Assembly: GCA_002633005.1 (NCBI GenBank)
Contig: NMRA01001201.1
Location: 1-39,488, forward strand
Length of the DNA stretch: 39,488 nt
Reading direction: 5' to 3'
Origin: Phoronis australis
Lineage: Eukaryota > Animalia > Phoronida
The first letter of the stretch is position 1. Every line of letters starts with the position of its first letter. The notes beneath the pieces were generated by a model. It was not told the DNA's origin. It saw nothing but the letters and a program-made list of their open reading frames with translations, and did no database searches. Shown here one piece after another: positions 24,101-36,100 of this stretch. Position numbers and translations under genes: made by a program.

Positions 24101-27100
24101 AGTGTCGGTATATAACCGGTACCGTCCTATTGAAATAATGGAAGTGACTCCTGTATGTGCAAACTTGGCATAAGCAACCAGCAAATAAACACACTTATTA
24201 TCGTGACCAAAAAAGCAAGTGTAAAATGCCCAGTCAATCCACACTATCAAATTTAGTAGAGTCACATGTTTTGGCTTGCTCAGAAATATATCGTAATGGT
24301 ATTTGAAAACGAATACCTTCATTGCAATTCATTCCTTTAAATCCAGTAACACAGGAACACCCGTATGGATCTATCGTACAAACATATTTCCCCTGACATC
24401 CGTCCTCACGGTCCACTTCGGAGCACTTGGATAGGCAGTCATTCCCAAACCGATTACCTCCACAACCTTTTTAACAGACAATTTTCAAATGGTAAGTCAA
24501 CAACAGACGAGGGCATTGACATATTGGGCTTTATGCAAGCACGTGCTATCTAAACGAACATTTCAAGACATTTCTGGGAATGTTGTTGAGAACAGCTCCT
24601 GCTTCCGATCTCTGATAATAACACTAATAGCGGATTTGCAGCGCAAGCGAACTACGCATTGCGCATGTGCGAGTTACTTCCTGCGCGAAGGCTCATGGGA
24701 TAGCTTGTGGTCAGGCCGTGTCTTGAGCAGGCTGGATAGTGTGTGCATTTGGAGTGATTTGCAAACTAAAAACCATGTTTCATTTTTTGCTTTATAATAC
24801 CATATCTCGTTTGTAAACACAGCGTAGCTATGATCAGTGACCGTGTGACCGAGGGCACGACTGTCGTCATGTTCAGTATTGGGGCTATCGGCGTTGTTTT
24901 CGAAATCTCCTCCGGTTTTAGACAAGTTGAGAGTTCTTGGGTTGCTTAACTTTTGTAGCTTTCGCCGTGGATATGCTAGAGACGTTAATTTTAAGAGGAA
25001 ACTCCGTAGGAATGTTGTTCTCATACATCTTTTTTCCACCAGGAAAATGTTCGCTGCACACACGATGGCCCCTAGGCAATTACATCGCACTGGATGCTGC
25101 GGCCACTTCATTGGCGATAGTACATCCTCACAAAAAGTTACTCATTTCAAAATACAGCAAATAAAATCAAATGAACCATACATATAGGAACACCGAGTTA
25201 TAATTAATACATACCACGACCCTGGATACAATTTATTCAGCAAAACTTGAACAAATCGGTGAAAATCTGTCGCGGTTTGCTCGAGTTTCTCTCAGTTACC
25301 GCGGGTGCCATTTTGAGGAAGTTACGTGAAATTACGCATGTTGACGAATAAAAAGTCCAAGGGACACACATCTTACAAGTTTCACCCGATACCGTCTCAT
25401 GCTATTTTGGTGTCGCGCGCTAGCGTCACGCGCTTCGCTCAGTCTCGCGCTAACCCGCTTTGCCTCACTCACGTGATTCAGTTGACGTGCTTTGTGGTTA
25501 TCGCGCACGCGGTGATAAAATTAACGGCAGCCAAAAAAGTGAAGTTGTAATTTCTCGCCAAAGTCAACTTAATTCTCACAACTAAACTTCATCAAAGATA
25601 TGTATAGAAGTAGAAAGGACAATGATGAAAGTAAGCGTTTTTTTAAATAATAGTTTTAAGTGTAGAATGTATTTTTGACGAGGTGAAAACTCGAAATCGG
25701 TAATACAAATCCGGTCACGACCAGTTTGAAATACACTGAAGTAACGAAATGAGTACAGAAAGCGAATGAAAGTATTGTAGCCCCCAGATGGCCCCGCGTT
25801 GGTTTGAATGCGCTAAATCTCCCCTTACTCCCACCTCTCCTAATGTTGTTTATCCATTTTTCACGAAAATCTTGGCTTGCAGGGAACTCATAAAATTCAG
25901 ATTTTTATCTCTCTTGTTGTTTTTGAAGCAGCCAGGAACACAACAAGTGTACCCGCCGTAAGTTTTCTTCGCGCTCACCGCTTATTATGCTTGTTACTAT
26001 GGCCGCTCTCGGAATCCTGACCACAGCACCCACAATGCACCATTTTAACCTAATTTCAATATGGCGTCGCTGCAAATCCGCTATTGGGGCGGATTGAAGT
26101 ACTCGGCGATAACGCCATCTAATCGTACGTGTATTGGGAACAGTGAGAGCCACATGCTTCAGGACCATGAGTTGCACGTTTGTTGCGTAACTACTGCAGG
26201 TTCCTGAAGTACAATAACACGCAATTTTAATGTAATTTAATTTATGAATAAAGTCTATATCAGAAATCACATCTTTGTTATTCTTTCACATTTTTGTAAA
26301 AAACATTTTTCCAATGTTAATTCCAATTGGCTAACGCGCGTGTGACGTCACTGAGGCTGTACCGTGGGTGAAGGCAATTAGATTCTTGTTATATATAAAG
26401 CTCATTGGCTGAATGCCTCTCGGCTACAGAACTGTGCTATATGTGTATAGTTCGTCTGCGATCTCGGCTCTCAAAAATTCATAATACAAGTTTTCTACCG
26501 TGTAGTGTTGGCTATTAGTGGAACGATGCCGTTCTCTTCACACCGGCCGGTGGCCAGGGAAGGGCCCCGACTGCGTAGCTTTGCCTTGGCGCAAGTTGTA
26601 TACTTGATGCAGCGGCCGTTCCACCGACGTGGGTAAAAACTGATCAAATAAAATCTGACACAAAATTAGCGTTCTTAAAAATAACACTCTTCCTTGATTA
26701 ACCTAAATTATTTACTTGCGTTCAAAAAATTGGCGTTCTGCCGTTCACTATGCTGCTAAAACTTGGGTGCGCTCCTTAAGGTCTGCCTCTCGTCGCCATC
26801 ACCTGTTGCCTAGTATTGGCCAGTTTCGTTCTTTGAGTTGTTCTTCTTCCGAGTATAACAAGCGATCGAGCTGTTCTTCGAAGTTGTGTATATGTCACAA
26901 CAACTTATATTTATTAGAGCTGGTTTCAATTCCTTTCGAGTTTTCACTATTTTAATGCAGCAAACCGAATTTCATAAAAAATTTGCTCCAGCGAAGCGGT
27001 CATCATCTCCCGCCAGATGTCGCAAAATTTTAGGAAATGGCGCGTGTTGAGCGTACTGTTTTCTTTCTTACAAAAGACTGAGAATTAGGAGATAGAATAA

Positions 27101-30100
27101 CGTTTACTAGATTGCTTTTCACTTAAACGGCTCAAGCGGGCAAGGTGAGTGTCGGTTGACCCACTGTTTGCACGCTCCCCTGCCAGTTTATAGCTCTAAA
27201 TGTTGATATAAGTTTCGTTACGAGGTGTCGAGCATAAGTGTGACCCGGGCTATGTGATATAGTCTACCAGAGCTCAACACACTGTGCTATTGGTACCTAG
27301 CTGTATTTTGAAGATAGTCTTCATACAGCTAGCTAGGCTACGGGAGGATTCAACGTCACAGGAAAGAAAAACGAAAAAACATGTGAGTATGCACATGTTG
27401 ATCTGTCAACTGGACTACGTTCTCGCAGGGTTAATGAGCTATCTCTTTGTGCTGTACAGCCTCAGTGACGTCACGAAAAAAGCGCTTGCAGTGGGGCATT
27501 ACGGAACTAATAAATGTTTATATTTCAAAGTAAAAAAGAAAAATACTATGCACTATTTAGGAATATGTGGATGCCTGTACCCAACCTTTATACTTTCAAA
27601 GTTCTTATCAAAGTGCTGAAACATGTAGTTCAGGCCTCTTTTAAGAACGCAAATAATGCAAGTTCAATATTGCCAACGCCAGAAAATTGTAGCATTCTCG
27701 ATCCCCTAGGTGACGCTTAGCGCCATGTCCCTAACCAATCATAAATTACAACGCATAGTAAGGTTAAAGGTCAGGAAGCTTGGGCGCTAGCACCGTGAGC
27801 CGAAGTCAGTATGTAGTCTGCAGAGCTCACTACTTGTCAAGTTTACAATAACAGTATTTGGAATTTATGGAATTCAACGGTCTTCAGTATGACAGTGCTA
27901 GCTGGGTCACCGGGTCTTAAATCTCTGTTAACTTGTACACAGAACCACAACAAAAGTGAACTGAACGTCAGCCAGCCGCGTGTGCTTGAATTAATTGGCT
28001 TAACGCTTTAAGCTGCCCGAAAGCGCTTTTAATAATCTGCAGGTGTTTACCAATACATATTTGTGTCCGGAATAGACTCCAATGTAACAATAATAAATTA
28101 AGACGAAGGACAGGGTACTAAGGATCTCAAAAAACGAAACAACATTTTGAAGAAAACTATCAACTATACTAACAGGCGAAACATTTAGTTGCTTAAAACT
28201 ATATAAAATCTGACTTTTTCGCACTTCGAAAGTACTTTAAAACTCATACCGGAAGAGAAAATGAAAATAACAGTTTCTTACCGATTCTGAGCCAATCTCT
28301 CATCTACAGAGTGTAAATTTCATTGCAAGACAGCCAGCAATCGGCAACATTTCATCACAGAGTACTGTACGTGGATCCATTTTTTGAACACAAGAGTCAC
28401 AGGCCTCGACGCTATTAAAATCGCCAGATCACATTTTGCGACCTAGCCAAAATCCGAGGTCGCACTTTGGAAATCCAGCTCGCATTTGTAAATGCCAGGT
28501 CACAAAATTTTCCCTATATTTTTAGCGCCAAAATTCATTTTAGACCATCGAGAAAATGTTCAAATTATGCTCTTACCTGCAGCGTTAAATACTCACAAAT
28601 TTCAGATCGCAAAATTGACTTCGTTCATGCAGGTACGGCGTTACTCTTCTTCACGACCGCCATTGAAAGGCCTTTGAGCGCAAGGAAAGTTGCCGACGTG
28701 AAAGTTGAATCAGTGCTTTCTAACCGACAAGTGCATTCGAGTAGCTAAGTTTGCGATGTGAAAAGGGAGAAAATGCCAGTTGGAAAATTATTCGGGATTT
28801 TGCTAGGCCTGACCTGCTACTGGCTATCATCAAAGTCGTTAAAGATTCAAACGAACCCGGAGTGCAAATTCCCTCCACTTTATGTTTGCAACCCAAATTT
28901 TGCAACTTTTAAAACTCGACGTTTGAAAAAACATCTGTCGAAAAAATCCGTAAAACAATGACCTATTTGGATGCGCGTGAACAATTCAGTGCAAATTTCA
29001 CCACAAAAATGTGGTAATTATGCTGTTTACGTACTCAACAAGTAGTTTTTATTCAAATGAATAGCGTCTCAATAATTCCCGACTCACTCCGTTCGGGTCT
29101 CCATCGGTAATGGCGAGTTTGCTTCTCAATACCTTCCAAGTACGGGAAAAATAGGTCAGTCACAAAACGACACGCAATCTTCTTTCGGAGGTATACAAAA
29201 AACCGGGATTTGGTTTTTACATATTAAGAAAAGACGTTTTTTGAAAACTGAATTTGTGATGTAAAATGACAGTGACACACTACATAAGCTGCGTGTCAAT
29301 TTTAAACCACGCGCTGTCGTTTGTGACGCGCTATGATGGGCGCTAGCCTGAAGTGTGGGCGCTTAATTAGAAATTCTCAAAATTTAAGAGGAAACTCTTA
29401 GTAGATCAGTGAGCGCTTATTATGAAACACTTCAAAGGTAGGGAATAGGCTTGTACTTGAGCATAGTAGTTAACCTTAGTGTTAGCGGTAATAAGATATT
29501 AAACACTGCAACAAGTAAGGATGACTTTCTGGATATCGTTACCCCCTACACTGTAGGCCTACCCTTTTTAGCCACCCGGAATAATTTTGTTTTTAATTAG
29601 TACCCGCTTCAGCCGGAAAAAAATTGTTTCTATTGGAGTCTGAACATTTTACGGCGACGGTGGTTCGGGGAGCGAAAAGTTGCCGGGAGGGAGGTGTATG
29701 AAGAGAAGAATAAAAAGTTCGCTAGCCACAATTTCGCATCTAGTACCCGTTNNNNNNNNNNNNNNNNNNNNNNNNNNNNNNNNNNNNNNNNNNNNNNNNN
29801 NNNNNNNNNNNNNNNNNNNNNNNNNNNNNNNNNNNNNNNNNNNNNNNNNNNNNNNNNNNNNNNNNNNNNNNNNNNNNNNNNNNNNNNNNNNNNNNNNNNN
29901 NNNNNNNNNNNNNNNNNNNNNNNNNNNNNNNNNNNNNNNNNNNNNNNNNNNNNNNNNNNNNNNNNNNNNNNNNNNNNNNNNNNNNNNNNNNNNNNNNNNN
30001 NNNNNNNNNNNNNNNNNNNNNNNNNACTCACGATTCGCACCCGAAGAAACACCGCCATTTTGAACTTGCCGCGAACCCGGAAGTACAATTCATTCAGGAA

Positions 30101-33100
30101 CCCAGGCCGAGAAAACGCCGTCAGTGCGACTGGAGCAGTGCCTGTACTGTTACCAGCCAGCAAACGCGGATAAAAAATCGACAGCGCGCCTTAATTTTGA
30201 TAAAATCAAACTACGGACAATTTTATGGAATTTGCTGAAGAAATGTGGAGAATAAATTTTGACAGAAATTATTTTGCCAGACTTGGGACCGCAGCCTATC
30301 GGACCCGGTGCAGATCGAGACCAAACACTAGCGAACGGTAAATGCATGCGGTTGCAAGCTGTCGAAGTAAAATGGTCAAATGATAAATGCTGCATATATT
30401 CAAGGGTAGTTTCAGACACTTGCATGAAATTACGGGCTGGTTAGTCCTGTGTCACACTGCCGCGGCAGACCTTAGTTAGCCTCAGTCACCAGCTACCAGT
30501 GAAGACTATAGTCAAAATACAGCTTGTTAGTAGGGCTATACAGCTTTGCGCCAAGACTACCCTTAGGCCTAACTGGTCGCTGGCTACAAACACAAAAAAC
30601 ACGAAAATTGAACAAAGTTTCTTTTTTGTAGCAACGTTTGTCAAAATGTATCAACGTTAAATCTTCACAAATTACAAAGTAGCCGATTGAACATGCCTTT
30701 CAGTTCAGCAAAAGTCGACATTGTAGGTGCCGCCAGAAATGAGACGGCAATAATTGTGAGCACATTTATCACTTAATGAGTAACAACTGCGAGGCTGAAA
30801 TTTGGTGGACACTGCTAAATCGTGCAGAATAGTACAGTGTAAGTAAAGATATGTCTAACTAAATTTCACCGTAATTTGTTGCCGAAAACAATTTACACAA
30901 AGTTTTAAACTCGTAACTCATCCCGCTGTCCTCCAATATGGCCGACGCGATCCAAACAACGTGACCCAAATTTCGCCACAAAACTTGCAATAACTTTACA
31001 GTGCTTGCCCCGATTTTGATACTTTTTCGATTTTTACTGAGTAAAATGCAGTACCTTTCCGATGATAGCAAAGTACTTTTTTCAAAACGAGGAAAAAATA
31101 AAACCGAAAAAAATTGGTTCGACCCATATTGGTTCCTAGGTTCGACCCGCCTACGTAAGGAACTAAACACTATTTTAACATACTAAGTACGCGTAACATT
31201 CCAAAAAAATCAACGACCACTAACTACAAACTATAAATACACTACATATGCAAACGAATCACGATATATTACTAATAAAACAAAATAATGAAGACTTTTT
31301 GAGCAAGCGATAGCATATTCAGTTACAAGGAAAAAATGGCGGCGTTCAGGACAAAATCTTGAACTGATGAGCCGGAATTGTGAGTACGGAAATAACCGAT
31401 GACAACCGGTAAACATACGCTCAGACAGAAGGGTCAAATACTGTTAAAAATCGCTTTTGGCAAGAAAGGCGAAAAGAATATAAAGAAAGGGTGTCGAAAA
31501 TAAGAATTTATGTAGTAAGTATTTTCGGATACTGGAACCACATGGGCAGTTTGCAAGAAGGATTTTAAGCTTTGAAGTGGTGCGCTCACGTGAGTTCACG
31601 CACTTGAATCGCTAGAGAAGTCCTACACTTTACGTTGGCAACAACGTGTGAAAGACGAATCATACTTCGCGTACGTAGCCCTAGAAACAAGTAAAGGGGT
31701 TTGGCATCTGGAAGTAAAGGCAATTAATAGGGATACCATTGTCACTTTGGCTGTCTTATGCGATAAAAACGAGACGCACATCTCAAAGTCACGATTGTCT
31801 GCCGGAACCGCTTGCGCGCTAACAACGGGGCCGGCCAGTTCCGCAGTGCGATATCAAGGATATTGTCGTACATATCTGGTACATATAATAAGGACATCAT
31901 GAGCGAAAAATAAACATATTTGTCCACCAAAAAGTTTGGTAAGTTGATCGCTTAAGGTAGGTGTATACACTGATCAAATCTCCAGGTTCCTAACTAAAAT
32001 GAGTAAAAAGGGAGTTTTAACTAGTTAGACATGACTCTGAAAGTGACAAAAATCGAAAAAAGAAGTTTTTGTTGTGGTTCGTTTTTTTAAAAAATCGTAT
32101 TTTTTAATTTTCAAAAAATCCATTTTTACCTCGAATTTTTTTCAAAATGCACAGGGATCGTCATCAACTGTTTCCTTACGCAATATTCTACTTATCCATA
32201 CCAAATATATGTACAAAATCATTATGATCTTGATTTTGTGGCATTTTTTGTGTTTGAGTTGGGGCAAGCACGCCACTTTTTGTCAGTTGGTCACTTTCCG
32301 TCTAATAACTAAAAATCTGGTCCATTTATCAAAAAACCCTGGCACGCGATTTTACTTCAGTCCAAGAGGATTTCAAATTTGCAACTTTCGTTAAAATTGA
32401 CCCACGTGTTGTGGAAAAATAGGCCCGAGAATCTTGTCACTATCCTGAAATCGCGAGCCGAGAAAAACGGCTTTGAAGTTAAGCGGTCATCGATTGCCAC
32501 TCGAGATCAAATTTCGTTCAGAATGCGTGGTCATTATGTTCCAATTTTTGTTGAAGTACTAGAAATAAAGGTTATATTTACTTCATATTTAGAAAATGTG
32601 ACATACCTGTTTGTTTACAGCGTAATTTTAATCATTTTTTCGGACTTGTGAAGCACGACAGACGACCAAACCAAATATGGCTGTCACGTGGGCGGAGCTT
32701 AGCGTTGATCTACTGTCTGTTGTACTGGTGTGCCGACCACACATTAAAACCATGTGTTGATTGTTTATACGATTCATCTGAACTCTCCACTCAGTTTGTA
32801 AAAGACTCTCTAACTATATTACTCAGACCTATTTGTTACTATTCCAATTGTTATATCAAATCGCCGCGTTACTGCCTACATAACAATATTGGCGACGAGG
32901 ATAAAGAACTACTTTCATAGTAATGGTTCAACATTTTTACGTGCCTGTACCGAATGGACTTTGGGATAAGAAAATATCACTTTCTGCGCAAATAGCGCCG
33001 CTTGGGTGAGATTCTCAAGTTACTAAAGTTTCTTATACTGCTTTCCTCTAAAATCGTATAATATCATGAGTTTTAATTCAGGGTTATGTTTGAATCTATG

Positions 33101-36100
33101 CACTAGAAAATTTTTGTTATGTTGAACACTGGGTCATTTCTCTAATTCTTTGGGTTACGGCCAGTGGCAAGTTAAAAATCCTCTGGGTTTGACAGCCTAG
33201 TTTCTCCACGGCGCGTTCCCAGCACAGGAGCACGGTTTATCTGCGATTACTCTACTCTGAAGGCTTGTAGTTGTCCATGTGTCGCGCGCGCGACTTGTCT
33301 TCACAGCGCGTGCATGCACTCTCACCGAGTCGTGCAACACCACCCACGTCGACACTCAGCGTCTTCTCGCAAGACATGTGACCTTATATTACCGACTTCT
33401 CTTATACATGCACAATTTCTGCACGAACTCCTCAAGCTGAGTGCAGTGATGGCTTTGGTAGGGCTTGGCGTACTCAACTTAATTTTTTTTGCAGATAGAC
33501 AAACAGGCTCAGGCTCGGAATAGGAGCTAGTTCACCATTTCACTACCAACTTTCACATGGTCAAAAAAGAATTGTTTTATTCTTGGTCTTGCTACAACAC
33601 CAATATCAGCTGGAACATCACTCTCGATTGCCCGGTTACGCAATGCTTGTTGACAGGGTCAGATTAGAGCTAGTGTCCTTGTATATAAGCTCCGCCCCAG
33701 TTGTCAATCACTGAGCTGGTGAGCACTCAAGCCATATGACTTACTGAGGTTTGGTCAAATATAGCTAAAAAAACAACTTTGGATTTTCAGAATGATTTTA
33801 TTTTTCTTCAGTATACTGTGCACCAAGAATTAAAGATTAGGATGACATAAAAATGTAAAAAACAGTCAAAATTATTTTTTTTGTGTATCCACCTACCTTA
33901 AGAATTAGTAGAAACACCGCTGTTTTGTGACGTTTTATAACGTGTTAGCAGTGGCCTCAAATTTCCTTCGGCGAATCCGGAAATTTGCAAAAGTTGCCGA
34001 AAATGTCAGCCAATGAAACGCGTCAAAAATCGATTCTGCATATCCCGTGTTCACGTAATTTGCTTACAAATCATCGGCCGGGATCGGGCTGGTCTTGGTT
34101 AGTGTTCTTTTGAACTTGGATTCGGCAACAGCCAAATAACGGTCGGATTAACATGAGTCGCTTTATATTTGCCAGGTATCTGCCGAGAAATGTAAAAACT
34201 CAGCTCGCATTCATTGGAAATTCCAGGTCGCATTTTCCGACTTGATACGAGCTGACAAATATCTCAGCTCACATATCCAAATTTCAGGTCGCAAATGTGA
34301 CCTGCAGCTCGTTATGTCGAGACCTGAGAGACGTGGGAAAAGTTTCGAAAAATAGCATGAAGTTTGGATCAGCAACCTCTGAGTACTCCTGGTAGTCACC
34401 TAGGCTATCGGCAAATCCGATGGCAAAATGAATTCAGCGGCACCAACTTGACTTCAAAATGAGTTATGCGCTCAGATATTGGCTTCCGGACGATCGGTAT
34501 AGGCCTGAACGAGGCAAACTCCAAACTTCAAGAGACGTGGAAAAAATTTCACCAATGACGCTGATATTTGTCAGTAACTCCACTCTATGCGACAGGCTAT
34601 CGGCAAATTGTGTAGTTATCTCCCCTCACTTATAAATTCCTGATTATAGCATGTTCTTGTGTATTTCTTATGGAGGGATGCTGGCAAGAATTAGCGCATG
34701 CGCAGTAGTGCATGTTACAAATTTCTGGCGTTGAAATTCAATGGTCGCTTGATCCTTGCTTTTCTCAACTTTGGTGCCGTTCAACATTCAACGTGTTGGT
34801 TTTAGAGATAAACTTCGACTTCGCCTGTAATATTGGTGAGTTGGTCTCGCCGCCGGGATCTGACTACAGCTGCATCTCAGGTTGACAGTGATTAGCTACA
34901 AATATCACCCTAGTACACGTAGCTCCTTTTTTACATTCATACCCATTAAACTGCCAACTAAGCTTTACTAATAGAAAGATTTGTAATTTCCAGTTGGTAC
35001 TGTATATGGAATATGTCTGTGATGCAACTCTTTATAGCACTTCAAAGTGAGCCACTTTCCTCCTCAGAGTGCGCCATGAAATACCAGTCGTGAACGTAAC
35101 AAAGTTGGCGAGAAAATTTTTGTTTTCAGTGACTAGCCGCTGCCCACAGCCCCAAAATTGAGTAAACGAAAGATTGTTTTCGGTGAAAAGAGTGATTTGC
35201 ACAGATTTGAACCCGCAATCTTCGCGTTCGCAATATGACGAAGCCTCGATGGGTGGAGCATAACGGGGTTTTATTATTTGGCAGCTCCAGTCAAAGCAAG
35301 TAACCTCTAAAGAAATCTCCCCAGTCAAACAATAAACAAAAATGGAGGTTTGTTCATCGTAAATTATAATATCTTTGCAACCAGAGAAGTGTAATCTTTT
35401 CAGGCTATTAATGACGGGTACGTTTGATTGACTTTCCGTGTTTCCCCGTGTCAACCGGCTAAATAAAACATCTTTCTTAGCCAGCTGACCCGTCGGAATC
35501 GCCGAATCCAATAAGTGCAGTCATTGTCTTCTTAGACTTCGTTCTCACTGCTTTGTTGCCACTCTTTCGATAACGAAGCTCGACATTGCTCTCATTATGA
35601 CGGCAATATGCGTATCAGATTCGTTGTGGGAAACGCTGAGCACTTGATTTTAACATGACTTAGAACTGTCTTTGCAGTATCTATGTAAAAAGCAAGCTCA
35701 GAAACTGTGAACAAATCTTTCGTGATAAATAACTGGCTTCATGTTAAATCGTTTAACACACATACAAATAGTTTGAAATTGCCCGCAGAGTAGCAAAAAA
35801 TTAATTTACAGGAATGATATCTAGAAAATTTTGCTTCCCACAAGAAATTAGGTCGCAAGCTCGTTGCATGAAGATCGATAGACAGGCGTATCCGTTGATC
35901 ACTTTGTTTTTTCTTTCTTCAAGCATTTATCCTTATCTGGCTTATGTGCGCCCAAGGTACAATATCCATGCGACCTGTATGGTTATATCCAACAAATATG
36001 AAAACAATGGTATTGTCTCATGCGCCTGTCGCATGGATCACGCAAGTTAAACAATACTTTGCTACTACAGTACGATATCATTTGGCTTGAGTCGTTCTTT

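Noticed and set aside
29630-30173. Long ORFs across the N run
   Set aside because: Artefacts of translating Ns.
35032-35511. 159-aa minus-strand ORF
   Set aside because: No recognisable domain in the frames I read and not needed for the gene model, since EGF1 joins EGF2 in phase. Probably chance or TE debris.
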